From positions 3,712,001 to 3,776,000 of the forward strand of contig OZ252098.1 of assembly GCA_965248355.1 (NCBI GenBank): DNA of 64,000 nucleotides, given 5' to 3'. Shown here piece after piece: positions 18,080 to 29,344 of the stretch (within the stretch, counting starts at the first letter, position 1; each line of letters starts with the position of its first letter). The notes beneath the pieces were generated by a model. The model searched no databases. It was given only the letters and a program-made list of their open reading frames with translations, and was not told the DNA's origin. Position numbers and translations under genes: made by a program. This DNA is from Candidatus Latescibacterota bacterium. Lineage in GTDB: Bacteria > Latescibacterota > UBA2968 > UBA8231.

Positions 18080-21000
18080 TCACAGGCCGATGTATCGATC
18101 CGACCCGTCGGTGGAGGCCAGCCACAGACCTCGCTCGGTCACCCGCTCCCCGCTCACCTGTTCCCAGTGCTCGGCGTAGGCGTCCACCTGATCGGCACAG
18201 CGAGCTATCAGCCGCTCGACCGCCGGATCGTTCTCCGAGGCACCCCTGTGGGTCTTGTAATCGACCACCTTCCAGGCGCCGTCTCCGACACGGTACACCA
18301 GGTCGATGGCCCCGCGGTGCAGGCCGTCCTCGCGGCCCTCGCCGAAGGGCACCTCCGCATACGCCTCGTCGCCTGCCGCCTGCACCTCGTCCCAGATGAC
18401 CGAGGATCGGAAGCCTTGGATCGCCCTGAGTCCCGCGTCCTCCAGGCCCTCCGCGTCCAGCCCCGACTCTTTCAGGACGCTGTGCACGTAGGCGCGAAGG
18501 CCGGATTCGCCCAGCCCTTCGAGGCGCCCGGTCACGGCGCTCGCGAGCAATCGATGGACGGCCGTGCCGTAGCTTCGCCCCCGGCCTCGGGTCTCCGGAT
18601 CGGACTCGACCGCCGCGAGCTCCTCCTCGTCGGTGACCGTCGTCTGTGAGAACGAGGGTGCGGCGACTGCCTCCAGGGCCCGCAGCCGCCGTTGTCGCAG
18701 CTTGGCGAAGTCGGCCGCTGGCGGCGGGTCCTGGACCCCCTGCGCCAGCGGGTCGGAGGCGGGACTCGGCAGCTCCGGGGCAGCGCTCAACTCACGGGAC
18801 AGCGCCGACCAGGGCCCGGCGCTCTGATGAGGGGACCGGGAAACCACGAGCACGTCACGGGCCCTGGTGGCGGCGACGTAGACGAGGCGCAGCTCCTCGG
18901 CGGCGACGAACCGCTCCTCCTCCTCCCGATCTCCTTCCCAGCCGTCGGGCTCGGCCCGCAGGATGGGCTGAAAGCGCCCCCGCATGGTGACCGCCATCGA
19001 CAGGTACGGGCACGAGCTCAGCCGGGACACGTGGGTGTCGACCCCCTGTCCGCCCGACTGATCGCCGGGATCGGCCAGGAACACGACCTTGGCCTCGAGC
19101 CCCTTGGCCTGGTGCAGGTTCATCACCCGGACCACCTCGGTGCGCCCGGTCTCCAGGGTCATCTCCTCGACTCTCAGCTCCTCCTCCAACAGATCCCGCA
19201 GATGGGAGGCGATGCGCGCCCAATCGAGGCCGTCGCGCCCCTGCCACTCGCGCACCATCGACAGCACCCTAAGCAGGTTGCCGACCCTGGAAGAACCCGC
19301 CGGCCGCCTGGCGGCCACGGCAGCCAGACCCGAGCGCTCGATAAAACGCTCGAGGGCGGCTGCCGCAGGACGTTGGTCGAGGTCCTGGCGCAGAGCGCGC
19401 AGTCCACGCAGGGCGCAATCGAGACGCTCCCGCAACGACGCCTCCAGGCCTCCCGGCGCCTCCTCGGTGAGGAGGTACGGCCAACCCGCTTTCCGCAGCC
19501 GGTAGAGCTCGTCGTCCCCGAGCCCGGCGAGGGGGCCTCGCAGGCAGGCGATCAGGGCGACCGGGTCGTCGGGTCGAAGGACCGCCTCCAGGGCGTCGAC
19601 GAGGGCGCGCAGTTCTCCGGACGAACGCAGGGATCCGGCTCCGGTGACGTCGTAGGGGATGCCCCGTTCCTCGAGGGCGCGGGCGTATTCCGACAGGTAG
19701 CGGCGGGCCCGCGTCAGGATCATGAAGTCGCCGGGCCCGGCGGTCTCGCCGAGGACGGCATCGACGCCGTTGAGGTCGGTGTCCCCCCGTTGGGCGGCGG
19801 CGATGAAGGCGGCGATGCGATCCGCTTCCGCGTGGACCTGAGCCTGTCGGCTTGTGGTGCCTGCGGTGCCTCGCAGCTGGTAGACACCAGCGCCCGGCCT
19901 CTCCCGGCGCTCCGGGGTCAGCCGGCGATAGGCGGCCTGGTAGCGGCCATCGTAGCTCTCGAACTGCAGCTCGAAGGCGTCGTTGAGCCACCGCACGAGT
20001 CCGGGCCGGGACCGGAAGCTGGTGGTCAGCTCCACGACGCCACCACCGGAGCGGGAGACCTGCTCGCGGACCAGACGGTACACCTCCAGATCCGCGCGCC
20101 GGAAGCGGTAGATGGCCTGCTTCTCGTCCCCGACGAGGAACAGCCGGCCCGGTCCGGGCGTCAGCCGGCGCCAGTCTCGCTCCTCGAGGTCGTCGCCGGT
20201 CAGGTAGAGGAGGATCGCCGCCTGCAGCGGGTCGGTGTCCTGGAACTCGTCGATGAACAGGCGCCGGTATCGCTTCTGCAGGCCGGCCCGGGCCTCGGGA
20301 CCCTCGCGCAGCAACGATTCCGTCAACTCGAGCAGGTCGTTGAAGGTCAGCCTCGCCGCGTCCATGCGGGACTGGCGGTAGGAGCGCATGGCCTCGTCCA
20401 CCAGGTCGCTCGTGAGGCGGTACACGTACTGGTGCCATTGTCTCAGCAAGGGCTTGAGAACGCCTTCGCGAAAGTCCGGCAGGCTCTTGTCCCGGAGACG
20501 CCGCGCCAGCGCCTGCTCCGGACTGCCCTTGGGTCCCCAGCGCTTCAGGACCACCGCGGTCTGGCTGGTCGAGGCCAGGTCGCGCAACAGTCGCTCGCGA
20601 TCCGCATCGCTCGGAGGACCGGCGAAGTCGACCAAGTGCCGAAGGCGGCCGACCGTCGTCATCAGGGAGTCCGGCCGGCCTTCCGGCAGGGGATCGGGAA
20701 TCCCTGCTTCCACCTCGCGGATCAGCTCGCAGGCCATGGATACCGCCGGCGCCAGATCCGGCCGCGGCCCTTCGGTTGGTTTCAGCGGCAGATCGCTGAA
20801 TTGGCAGCGCTCCAGGAAGAAGCCGTAGAACTGCCCGGCCGTGAATCCTGTTTCTTCCATGGCCAGCAGCCGCTCGTCCCCGGCCGCCGACCTTTCCTGC
20901 AGGAAGCGGTCCCAGGCATCGCGCACCAGCCAGACCTCCTCGCGCTCCTCCACCTCGCGGAAATCCGGCGGCAGCCCCGCCTCGAAGGGCCGCTCCCGCA

Positions 21001-21349
21001 GGAGGCGTGCGCAGAAGGCGTGGATGGTGCCGATCGAGCACTGGTCCACGCGCCGAACGGCGTCGCGCAGGCGCCGGGCACGTCCCGAGTGGAGGCGGGC
21101 CTCCTCCTCGGAAGCGTCCCGCAGAGCCTGAAGGAACCGGCTCCGCATCTCTCCGGCCGCTTTCCGGGTGAAGGTGATGGCCGCCATCTGATCGATTTCC
21201 GCCCCCCCGGCGGCCACGGTCTCCACCATTCGCTCCACCAGGGCCCTGGTCTTGCCGGTGCCGGCGCTCGCCTCGCACATCAGGTTGACGTCGAGGTCCT
21301 CGCGGATGCGCCGGCGGGCCTCCAGGTCCGGGTATCCGGGGGCGGTCAT
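18080..21349 (-). CDS. addA: AddA-like UvrD helicase-nuclease
   Basis: ASAGTGKT, ITFTRKAA, IDEFQDT, VGDEKQAIYRFR, HQAKGLE, YVAATRA, C-terminal GAIDL...VDYKT nuclease. Confidence 0.9.
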   Translation of the reverse strand: MTAPGYPDLEARRRIREDLDVNLMCEASAGTGKTRALVERMVETVAAGGAEIDQMAAITFTRKAAGEMRSRFLQALRDASEEEARLHSGRARRLRDAVRRVDQCSIGTIHAFCARLLRERPFEAGLPPDFREVEEREEVWLVRDAWDRFLQERSAAGDERLLAMEETGFTAGQFYGFFLERCQFSDLPLKPTEGPRPDLAPAVSMACELIREVEAGIPDPLPEGRPDSLMTTVGRLRHLVDFAGPPSDADRERLLRDLASTSQTAVVLKRWGPKGSPEQALARRLRDKSLPDFREGVLKPLLRQWHQYVYRLTSDLVDEAMRSYRQSRMDAARLTFNDLLELTESLLREGPEARAGLQKRYRRLFIDEFQDTDPLQAAILLYLTGDDLEERDWRRLTPGPGRLFLVGDEKQAIYRFRRADLEVYRLVREQVSRSGGGVVELTTSFRSRPGLVRWLNDAFELQFESYDGRYQAAYRRLTPERRERPGAGVYQLRGTAGTTSRQAQVHAEADRIAAFIAAAQRGDTDLNGVDAVLGETAGPGDFMILTRARRYLSEYARALEERGIPYDVTGAGSLRSSGELRALVDALEAVLRPDDPVALIACLRGPLAGLGDDELYRLRKAGWPYLLTEEAPGGLEASLRERLDCALRGLRALRQDLDQRPAAAALERFIERSGLAAVAARRPAGSSRVGNLLRVLSMVREWQGRDGLDWARIASHLRDLLEEELRVEEMTLETGRTEVVRVMNLHQAKGLEAKVVFLADPGDQSGGQGVDTHVSRLSSCPYLSMAVTMRGRFQPILRAEPDGWEGDREEEERFVAAEELRLVYVAATRARDVLVVSRSPHQSAGPWSALSRELSAAPELPSPASDPLAQGVQDPPPAADFAKLRQRRLRALEAVAAPSFSQTTVTDEEELAAVESDPETRGRGRSYGTAVHRLLASAVTGRLEGLGESGLRAYVHSVLKESGLDAEGLEDAGLRAIQGFRSSVIWDEVQAAGDEAYAEVPFGEGREDGLHRGAIDLVYRVGDGAWKVVDYKTHRGASENDPAVERLIARCADQVDAYAEHWEQVSGERVTERGLWLASTDGSDRYIGL

Positions 21350-24300
21350 GCCTTCATCCAGTCCGCGGCCACGGAGACGGCCTCTACCGGAACGACATCG
21401 CCCGGTTCAAGGCCGAGGGTGGCCAGCTGCGCCTCGAGAGCGCGGCGCGATTGCGGGCGCCCGGTGGAAACGGCCTCCGCCCAGCCCTCGACAAGGGCCG
21501 TGGCCTGGGCCGCCGCCTCGGTCTGATCACCGGCGTGGTCCTCACCACGGGCTTCGCTGGCGCATATGCGGCGGTAGTCGCAGAAACGGCAGGGACCGCC
21601 GCCCCTCTTGTCCCCCTTGTGCAAGGCCGGGAAGAACCCCTCCCTGGCCAGCCCGAAGAGGGGCCCCAGCAGGCTGGCCACCCGGCCCGCCTCCGGGGGC
21701 CCCTCGGCAAAGCGCTGGCCCGAGCCCCGGTCGGACGCGAAGAAGTACCCTGAACGGCGGACCTCGCCCGCCTCGAGCAGGGGCAGAGCGAGGGCGTACA
21801 AGGCCCACTGCAGATTGCGGCCGCCGGCCAGCAGATCCGTGGAGTCATACCCCCAGGTGCTGCCGGTCTTGTAGTCCCAGATCTCGTAGCGGCCGCCGCC
21901 TTCGACCTGGTCGACCCGGTCCATGCGCCCCCGCAGGCGGAATGCGACCTCGGGCGACAGCGAGACCTCCACACCCTCCCGGCCTCCGAAGTCCCACTCG
22001 AGGTGGCGGGGCGTGAGCGCCGGCTCCCGCTCCATGCGCTGCGCCTCGGCGAGCAGGAAGATGCGGGAAGCGCGCTCGATCCGCCGCCGGTCGTTGCGGA
22101 AGGCGGCCTCCAGCGGCGCCGGGATCCTCTGCCGCCACCTGTCGATCGCCTCGGCCACCAGACGGGCGACCTCCTCCTCGTGCTCGACGGAGGGCCGCTC
22201 CCGGCGGTCCCCGAGCCGCTGCATGTACTCCAGGAACAGATCGTGGAGCAGCTCGCCCATCTCCAGTGGCTGCAGCCAGCGGCGCGAATCCCGCCCGGGT
22301 TCCCCCAGGACACGCACGCGGAGCACGTCCCTCAGCAGGTAGCGCCGCGGGCAGGCGGCCAGGGTCTCCAGCATGCGGCTCGACAGCACGCGTTCTCCCT
22401 GGAGATCCAGAGCCTGCTCCCCCGGGGCGTCGATCCAGCCGTCAAAGCGGCTGGGTGCGCTCCCCGCCCGCGCCTCCTGAACCCGGGCACCGCGCTCCGC
22501 CTCACCGTACGAGGAGGCGACCGCCTCGCGGTATCCCGGCCGCCCCCGGTGGCTCAGAACGACCTCGAGGTCGTCCGCCCCGGCCGCCTCCGGCTGCGCC
22601 GGCAGGGGCCACTTCCAGCACGGCTCGACTTCGAGTTGCCGCGCGGCCAGCCCGAAGAGCGGGGTTGGGTAGGGCTCACGGCCATCGGCCAGGTGCAGGC
22701 TGCTGGCCACCAGGGTCACCTCACCCGGAGCGGCTCCCAGCACGCGAATCAGCTGGAAGACCGCATCGCCTGCGCGCGACCGCTCCGCGGGCAGCCCGAG
22801 GGCCCGGCGCGACTCGTCGGACAGCATCGGATCCCCTGATCGGGATCCCGGAAAGTGCGCCTCGTCGAGGCCGATGACGTACAGGTGGCGCCGGCACGCG
22901 TACCCGGCGCGGTCAAGGGGCGCGACGTGCAGGCGGCCGGGAGAGGCGCGCCCCCCGTCCACACTCAAGCGCCTCATGAACTCGAGCAGCCGGCCCGCCT
23001 GCTCCGCCGGGGAACCGGTGAGCTCCGGGCCCCTGGACATCTCGCGCAGGCGCTTGGCCATCACCTCCCGGGCGAGGCGGTCCCCGTCGCTGGCCACATC
23101 CCGCCGGGTCAGATTCGGCCCCTTCAGGAATTCGCCGGCGGACCCGGCCATCGACGCCAGGGAACACGGCCCACGGGGGAGCCATGCATGCAACCGCTTC
23201 AGGTGCAGTCGTGCCCGCCCCAGCCGCGCCGGCCGGCGCTCCACGGCCGCGGCCTCCCGCGGCTCATGGTCGGCGGGGTCGGGCTCCCCACCTTCGACTC
23301 GATCCAGCGCCTCCGCGGCAGCTTGCGGGCCCCGGCCCACGCGGCCGGCCAGCAGGAGATGGCCGACCGCGCTCGGAGATGCCTCGGGGTCCTCCCAGCC
23401 CAGGTCCCCGCACCTCAGGCTCCGGGCCAGATCGAGCCCGTCCAGGCCGTCGCGGATCCAGGCCAGGAACGCCGTCAGGGCGCGTCCGGGCCGGGTTCGC
23501 TCCACCGGCACGCCGGCTGCGAAATCCGCCTGCAGCTCCCAGCGCTCGACCGCGTCGAACAGCAGAAACCGGTAGGGATCCCCGCGGGTGTAGGCGATCT
23601 CGACCTCGTCCAGGGGGATGCCGCGTGCCACCACATCCCGCACCACGGCGCGGATCTCGGTCTCCATCCCGATCGTGCGCCACAGGCGTATCCGCTCCCG
23701 ATCGGCAGGCCGCAAACCCTCGGTGAAGAGCCGCCCCCCCGGTGCCACCTCGACAACGCCCTTCCAAGGTGGGGATGGTGGTCCGGGCCGGCCGGCCGGG
23801 GCGGACCTCTCCTCCCGGGTGCGCAGATGGTCGAGGAACAAGTCTCCTTGTACGTGCGGAGCGCCGACCGGGACGGCCCGACCCGGCACTCGAGAGGCGG
23901 CGGGCCGGGGCATCGTCCGGGAGGCGGTTGCCCCTTTCTTGCCGGGAACAGGAGCCGCCGCACAGCGGACCGCGGCGCTGTACGCGGGCGCCGGCACCCC
24001 GTACGAGTCCCGCCCGATGCGATGCAGCCGATCCTCGGAAACGGCGAGGACATACCGAAGGGCCAAGGGCGGCATCTCGGTCTCGTCGGTGATCATCCAC
24101 ACAGCCGGGGGATGCGCATCCCCGGTCTCCACCGCGTCGATGGCGGTAACCAGGATGCGGGCGTCGTCCCACCAGTCCTGCGCCAGGAGTTCCCGGCAGT
24201 AGGCGGCGTAGAGGGAACCGAGGCCGGCGAATGACGGTTCGGGGGCTGCCTGGTCGACCTGCTCGGGCGTTGTCTCGGCCGCTCGCAGATCGCCGATGGT

Positions 24301-24633
24301 CCGGCGCAGTGCCTCCGCCAGTCCGGCCGCGGCTGCCGGTGTCGGGGGCCGGATGCCGTCGGCCGCCGGCCCCGCAAGCATCGCCTCCATGAGCCATCGG
24401 CGCCCCTCCTGGTCGAGGCGCCGGACAGGGGCCGCCGGCTGCGCCGGCCGGATGCGTTCGAGGGCGTGCTGCACGGGAGTGGCGACGCGCAGGTTGGTCC
24501 AGGAACGTCCGTAGCGCGCCAGGGCGCCGGTCAGGTTGTACCCGGCCCTCGAGGCGGACACGAAGAGGATTTTGGTCTGCAGGGGGTGGTCGCGGCACAG
24601 CTCGTCGAGCTGCCGCAGTGGATAGGGGAGCAT
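21346..24633 (-). CDS. addB: AddB-like protein with C-terminal PD-(D/E)XK nuclease and Fe-S cysteines
   Basis: ACPRRY, GRMDRVD, WDYKTG, LQWALY, CRFCDYRRIC; 4-bp overlap with addA. Confidence 0.85.
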   Translation of the reverse strand: MLPYPLRQLDELCRDHPLQTKILFVSASRAGYNLTGALARYGRSWTNLRVATPVQHALERIRPAQPAAPVRRLDQEGRRWLMEAMLAGPAADGIRPPTPAAAAGLAEALRRTIGDLRAAETTPEQVDQAAPEPSFAGLGSLYAAYCRELLAQDWWDDARILVTAIDAVETGDAHPPAVWMITDETEMPPLALRYVLAVSEDRLHRIGRDSYGVPAPAYSAAVRCAAAPVPGKKGATASRTMPRPAASRVPGRAVPVGAPHVQGDLFLDHLRTREERSAPAGRPGPPSPPWKGVVEVAPGGRLFTEGLRPADRERIRLWRTIGMETEIRAVVRDVVARGIPLDEVEIAYTRGDPYRFLLFDAVERWELQADFAAGVPVERTRPGRALTAFLAWIRDGLDGLDLARSLRCGDLGWEDPEASPSAVGHLLLAGRVGRGPQAAAEALDRVEGGEPDPADHEPREAAAVERRPARLGRARLHLKRLHAWLPRGPCSLASMAGSAGEFLKGPNLTRRDVASDGDRLAREVMAKRLREMSRGPELTGSPAEQAGRLLEFMRRLSVDGGRASPGRLHVAPLDRAGYACRRHLYVIGLDEAHFPGSRSGDPMLSDESRRALGLPAERSRAGDAVFQLIRVLGAAPGEVTLVASSLHLADGREPYPTPLFGLAARQLEVEPCWKWPLPAQPEAAGADDLEVVLSHRGRPGYREAVASSYGEAERGARVQEARAGSAPSRFDGWIDAPGEQALDLQGERVLSSRMLETLAACPRRYLLRDVLRVRVLGEPGRDSRRWLQPLEMGELLHDLFLEYMQRLGDRRERPSVEHEEEVARLVAEAIDRWRQRIPAPLEAAFRNDRRRIERASRIFLLAEAQRMEREPALTPRHLEWDFGGREGVEVSLSPEVAFRLRGRMDRVDQVEGGGRYEIWDYKTGSTWGYDSTDLLAGGRNLQWALYALALPLLEAGEVRRSGYFFASDRGSGQRFAEGPPEAGRVASLLGPLFGLAREGFFPALHKGDKRGGGPCRFCDYRRICASEARGEDHAGDQTEAAAQATALVEGWAEAVSTGRPQSRRALEAQLATLGLEPGDVVPVEAVSVAADWMKA

Positions 24634-24691
24634 GTCCCGAGTCTACGAAACCGGCCCGGACCCCGTCCCGAGGGACGGAACGGAGGGGTGC

Positions 24692-26044
24692 TCAGTCCGG
24701 GAAGAACTCGGCGTACAGGGATCGCACGGCGGCTTCCACGTCCTCCTCCTTGACGCCGAACATCATGCTCACCTCGCTCGATCCCTGGTTGATCATCTCC
24801 AGGTTGACGCGGCCTCGGGCGAAGGCCTCGGTGGCCCGCGCCGCCAATCCGACGGTGTGGCGCATGCCCTCGCCGACGACCATCACCAGGGCCAGGCCGC
24901 GTTCCACCGAGACTTCATCGGCCAGCAGATCGGTGCGCACGCGGCGCAGGACGCGCTCCTCGGTGGCGGGATCGAAGTACTCCTGGCGGACGATGACGGA
25001 CAGGTTGTCGATCCCGGAGGGCGTGTGCTCGTAGGGGATGGCCTCGTCCTCGAAGACCTCCAGGAGCCGCCGGCCGAAGCCGACCTCGCGGTTCATCAGG
25101 TAGCGGCTGACGTACACCGTGCAGAAGCCACCGGTGGCCGCGATCCCGACGACGGGCGTCCCCTCCGCCTGCCGGCTGGGCAGGATGCGCGTACCCGGGG
25201 AGTCGGGCTTGTTTGCATTCTTCACCGCCACCGGGATGCCGGCGTGGAACACCGGCTCCAGGGCCTCGTCGTGAAAGACCGAGAACCCGGCGTAAGACAG
25301 CTCCCGCATCTCGCGGTAGGTGATCTCGCCGACCGGCTTCGGGTTGGCGATCAGCTTCGGGCTGGCGGCGAAGACCGAGTCCACGTCGGTGAAGTTCTCG
25401 TAGAGGTCGGCGCCCACGGCAGCGGCCAGAACAGCGCCGGTGATGTCGGATCCGCCGCGCGGAAAGGTGACCACACGGCCGGCCTCGCTGTAGCCGTAGA
25501 ACCCGGGGAAGACCGTGATCCCCGGCCGCTCCCGCAATGCGCGCAGGTTGCCGTAGGACCGGCGCAGAACCCGGGCGTTGCCGGCTTCGTCGGACAGGAT
25601 CAGCCCCGCCTCACAAGGGTCGACGACATGGGCCTCGGTGCCGCGGCTGCGCAGGTACTCGGCCACCAGACGGGCGCAGTTGGACTCGCCGGCCGCCTTC
25701 ATCGAGTCGAGGTAGAGGCCCTCGTCCGCAATATCCGCGCCAAGCCGCTGGCGCAGGTCGCGCTCGATCCCCTGCAGACAGGAGGCCGGCAGGCCGAGAC
25801 CGCAAGCCAGGTCCGCGAACCGCGACAGGGCCTCCGCCAACTCCTCCTCCCCCGGCCGGTGGGTGAACCGCGCCTCGGAGGCCGCGATCAGCAGATCGGT
25901 GACCTTGGTGTCGGCGGTGTCCCGCTTTCCGGGAGCACTGACGACCACCAGCCGCCGCTCCCCGTCGGCGGCCAGGATATCGCCGACCTGGCGGATCTGC
26001 TCGGCCGTGGCCAGAGAGCTGCCGCCGAATTTGACGATCTTCAC
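24692..26044 (-). CDS. lysC: Aspartate kinase (with ACT domains)
   Basis: KFGGSS, VVSAPGKR, RGGSDITG, TDVD, MRELSYAG, C-terminal ACT repeats. Confidence 0.93.
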   Translation of the reverse strand: MKIVKFGGSSLATAEQIRQVGDILAADGERRLVVVSAPGKRDTADTKVTDLLIAASEARFTHRPGEEELAEALSRFADLACGLGLPASCLQGIERDLRQRLGADIADEGLYLDSMKAAGESNCARLVAEYLRSRGTEAHVVDPCEAGLILSDEAGNARVLRRSYGNLRALRERPGITVFPGFYGYSEAGRVVTFPRGGSDITGAVLAAAVGADLYENFTDVDSVFAASPKLIANPKPVGEITYREMRELSYAGFSVFHDEALEPVFHAGIPVAVKNANKPDSPGTRILPSRQAEGTPVVGIAATGGFCTVYVSRYLMNREVGFGRRLLEVFEDEAIPYEHTPSGIDNLSVIVRQEYFDPATEERVLRRVRTDLLADEVSVERGLALVMVVGEGMRHTVGLAARATEAFARGRVNLEMINQGSSEVSMMFGVKEEDVEAAVRSLYAEFFPD

Positions 26045-26360
26045 AGGGCGCTCACGCTCGCAATTCCTCCGCCTGTCTAGAGGGATCTTCCATCCTCCTG
26101 GTGGGGATCATCGCGCCGGGAGGCCGGCCGAAGCGGCGCCGGAACAGGTGCTAGAAATGGACAGGTCATTGAAGCCGCAGCTGAGCGCGGCGATGATGGG
26201 GCTGCGTGGTCGAGGCAGACCGAATCCACCAGGCGCAGGCCGGCCGTCAGCGGACCTTCCCGGCGGCCGACAAAATCCCTGGGCCCCGGGGGGCCCCGCT
26301 GTCAGCACTGCCCGATTCGCCAAGATCGGATCTCCCAGTCGAACTGTAGGCCACCGCCGG

Positions 26361-27743
26361 TCACTCGTGCCGCCCCGCCTCTCCCTCAGCGGTCCAGCTG
26401 AGCGCCACCCGGCGCTGCCCCATGCGCTGGACCTGGCCCGCCTCGATCTCCGGGGCCCGTTCCCCGGCATCCACCATGCGACGTATCAGGCGATCCCGCA
26501 TCTCCTCGGCCACCGGGCGGTGCGCCTCTGACGAGATGAGGTTCGCCAGCTCGTAGGGATCGGCCTGCAGGTCGTAGAGGTACTGCTCGACGAAGCGCTC
26601 CGACCAGGGTCCGCGCTCCCCGGGCGCATCGACGCCGTACTTCCACCGCCAGGTGCGCACCGCCCGCCCGGTCTGGGCTTCGCTGATCTGTACGAACACC
26701 TCCTCGGGCCAGTCCGCATCTTGGCCTCGGCCTCCCAGCAGCGGCAGGATCGACCGGCCCTGCATGGCCTCGGGCACCTCCAGCCCGGCCGCGGCCAGTA
26801 GCGTGGGCGGCAGGTCGATGAGGCTCACCAGCTCCTGCACCTGGCCGCCACCGCGGAAACCCGGGCCCGAGAACACGGTGGGCACCCGGATGGAGCTGTC
26901 GTGACAGGAACGCTTGTACTCGGAGTTGCGGGTCCTGAAGTGGTTGCCGTGGTCGGAGGTGAACAGCACGATCGTCTCTTCGGCCAGGTTCAGGCTCTTC
27001 AGCGCGTCCTGCAGGCGGCCGTAGGCCTCGTCGAGGCGCTTCACCATGCCGTAGTACCCGCCCAGGTGCCGAGGCGCCGACCCGCCGAGGGCGGCCAGAT
27101 CGGGCGGCACCCAGCCGCCGGTGTAGCGCTCGCGGTAGCCGTCCGGCGCCGGGTAGTCGTCGAGATGGTTCTGGTGGTGCGGCTCGATGTAGGAGATGAA
27201 GACGAAGAATGGATCCTCCTGCCCAGCGCGTCCGTCGATGTAGCGAATCGCCGCATCTGTGACCGCGTCCACGCGGTACCCCGGCAGCTTCACCTCCTTG
27301 TCGTCGCCGTCGTACATCACCGTGTCGTAGGCGTCGGAGGTGAACTCCAGCACGTTGGACGCCAGCCAGTAGCGATAGCCGAAGCGTCTGCGGGCCGGTA
27401 CGGGCCCCACGATCTCGCGATCGTGGAGGTGCCACTTGCCGATGTAGGCCGTGTCGTACCCGGCCTCGCCGAAGTGGTGCGCCAGGGTGCGGCTGTGGTC
27501 GGGAAGGGGAATGGCGTTGCGGTAACAGCCCGTGGTGGTGGCGTAGAGACCGGTCTGCAGGCAGGAGCGTGCCGGGCCGCAGACCGGCTGGCAGGTGAAG
27601 GAGCGGGCCACGTGGGTGTGCGCCCGGCCGACGCGGTCGAGGTTTGGCGTCAGGTCCAGGGGGTTGCCGTGAAGGCCCGTGGTGTCCCACCGCTGCTGGT
27701 CGGTGAAGAACACGACGACGTTGGGACGGGCGGGGCTGGACAT
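26361..27743 (-). CDS. Sulfatase (Cys-type, formylglycine-dependent)
   Basis: PNVVVFFTDQQR, CGPARS (CxPxR), GKWH, TSDHG; no signal peptide. Confidence 0.92.
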   Translation of the reverse strand: MSSPARPNVVVFFTDQQRWDTTGLHGNPLDLTPNLDRVGRAHTHVARSFTCQPVCGPARSCLQTGLYATTTGCYRNAIPLPDHSRTLAHHFGEAGYDTAYIGKWHLHDREIVGPVPARRRFGYRYWLASNVLEFTSDAYDTVMYDGDDKEVKLPGYRVDAVTDAAIRYIDGRAGQEDPFFVFISYIEPHHQNHLDDYPAPDGYRERYTGGWVPPDLAALGGSAPRHLGGYYGMVKRLDEAYGRLQDALKSLNLAEETIVLFTSDHGNHFRTRNSEYKRSCHDSSIRVPTVFSGPGFRGGGQVQELVSLIDLPPTLLAAAGLEVPEAMQGRSILPLLGGRGQDADWPEEVFVQISEAQTGRAVRTWRWKYGVDAPGERGPWSERFVEQYLYDLQADPYELANLISSEAHRPVAEEMRDRLIRRMVDAGERAPEIEAGQVQRMGQRRVALSWTAEGEAGRHE

Positions 27744-27759
27744 CAGCCCATCTCCACCT

Positions 27760-27930
27760 TCAGCCCGCGACCCGGCCGCGCCTGTGCTCCGGCCACGAGC
27801 ACAGCAGGGTGCCCGGCTCGTCGTTGAGGACGTAGCCCGGGAACCGCCCCTGGAACTCGACCGACTCCATGCGCGGCAGACCCTCGTGGCCGGAGCCAGC
27901 CAGCTCCCGCTTGGAGTAGGGACGGCTCAC
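27760..27930 (-). pseudogene. 56-aa ORF, probable internally deleted relic of a GH116 glycoside hydrolase gene
   Basis: Manual translation MSRPYSKRELAGSGHEGLPRMESVEFQGRFPGYVLNDEPGTLLCSWPEHRRGRVAG. It joins two segments resembling motifs I recall lying far apart in GH116 proteins. Confidence 0.45.
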
Positions 27931-27934
27931 GGCA

Positions 27935-29341
<1,407 letters not shown>

Positions 29342-29344
29342 CTC

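Noticed and set aside
21346..22400. Cas4-like Fe-S nuclease domain suggesting a CRISPR or defence system
   Set aside because: It is the C-terminus of a 1095-aa protein coupled to an AddA helicase, the normal AddB layout. No repeat-spacer array or cas gene was seen.
26045..26360. Possible lysine riboswitch in the 316-bp leader of the aspartokinase
   Set aside because: I could not find the conserved AGAGG-GC start or a terminator/antiterminator. An Rfam search would settle it.
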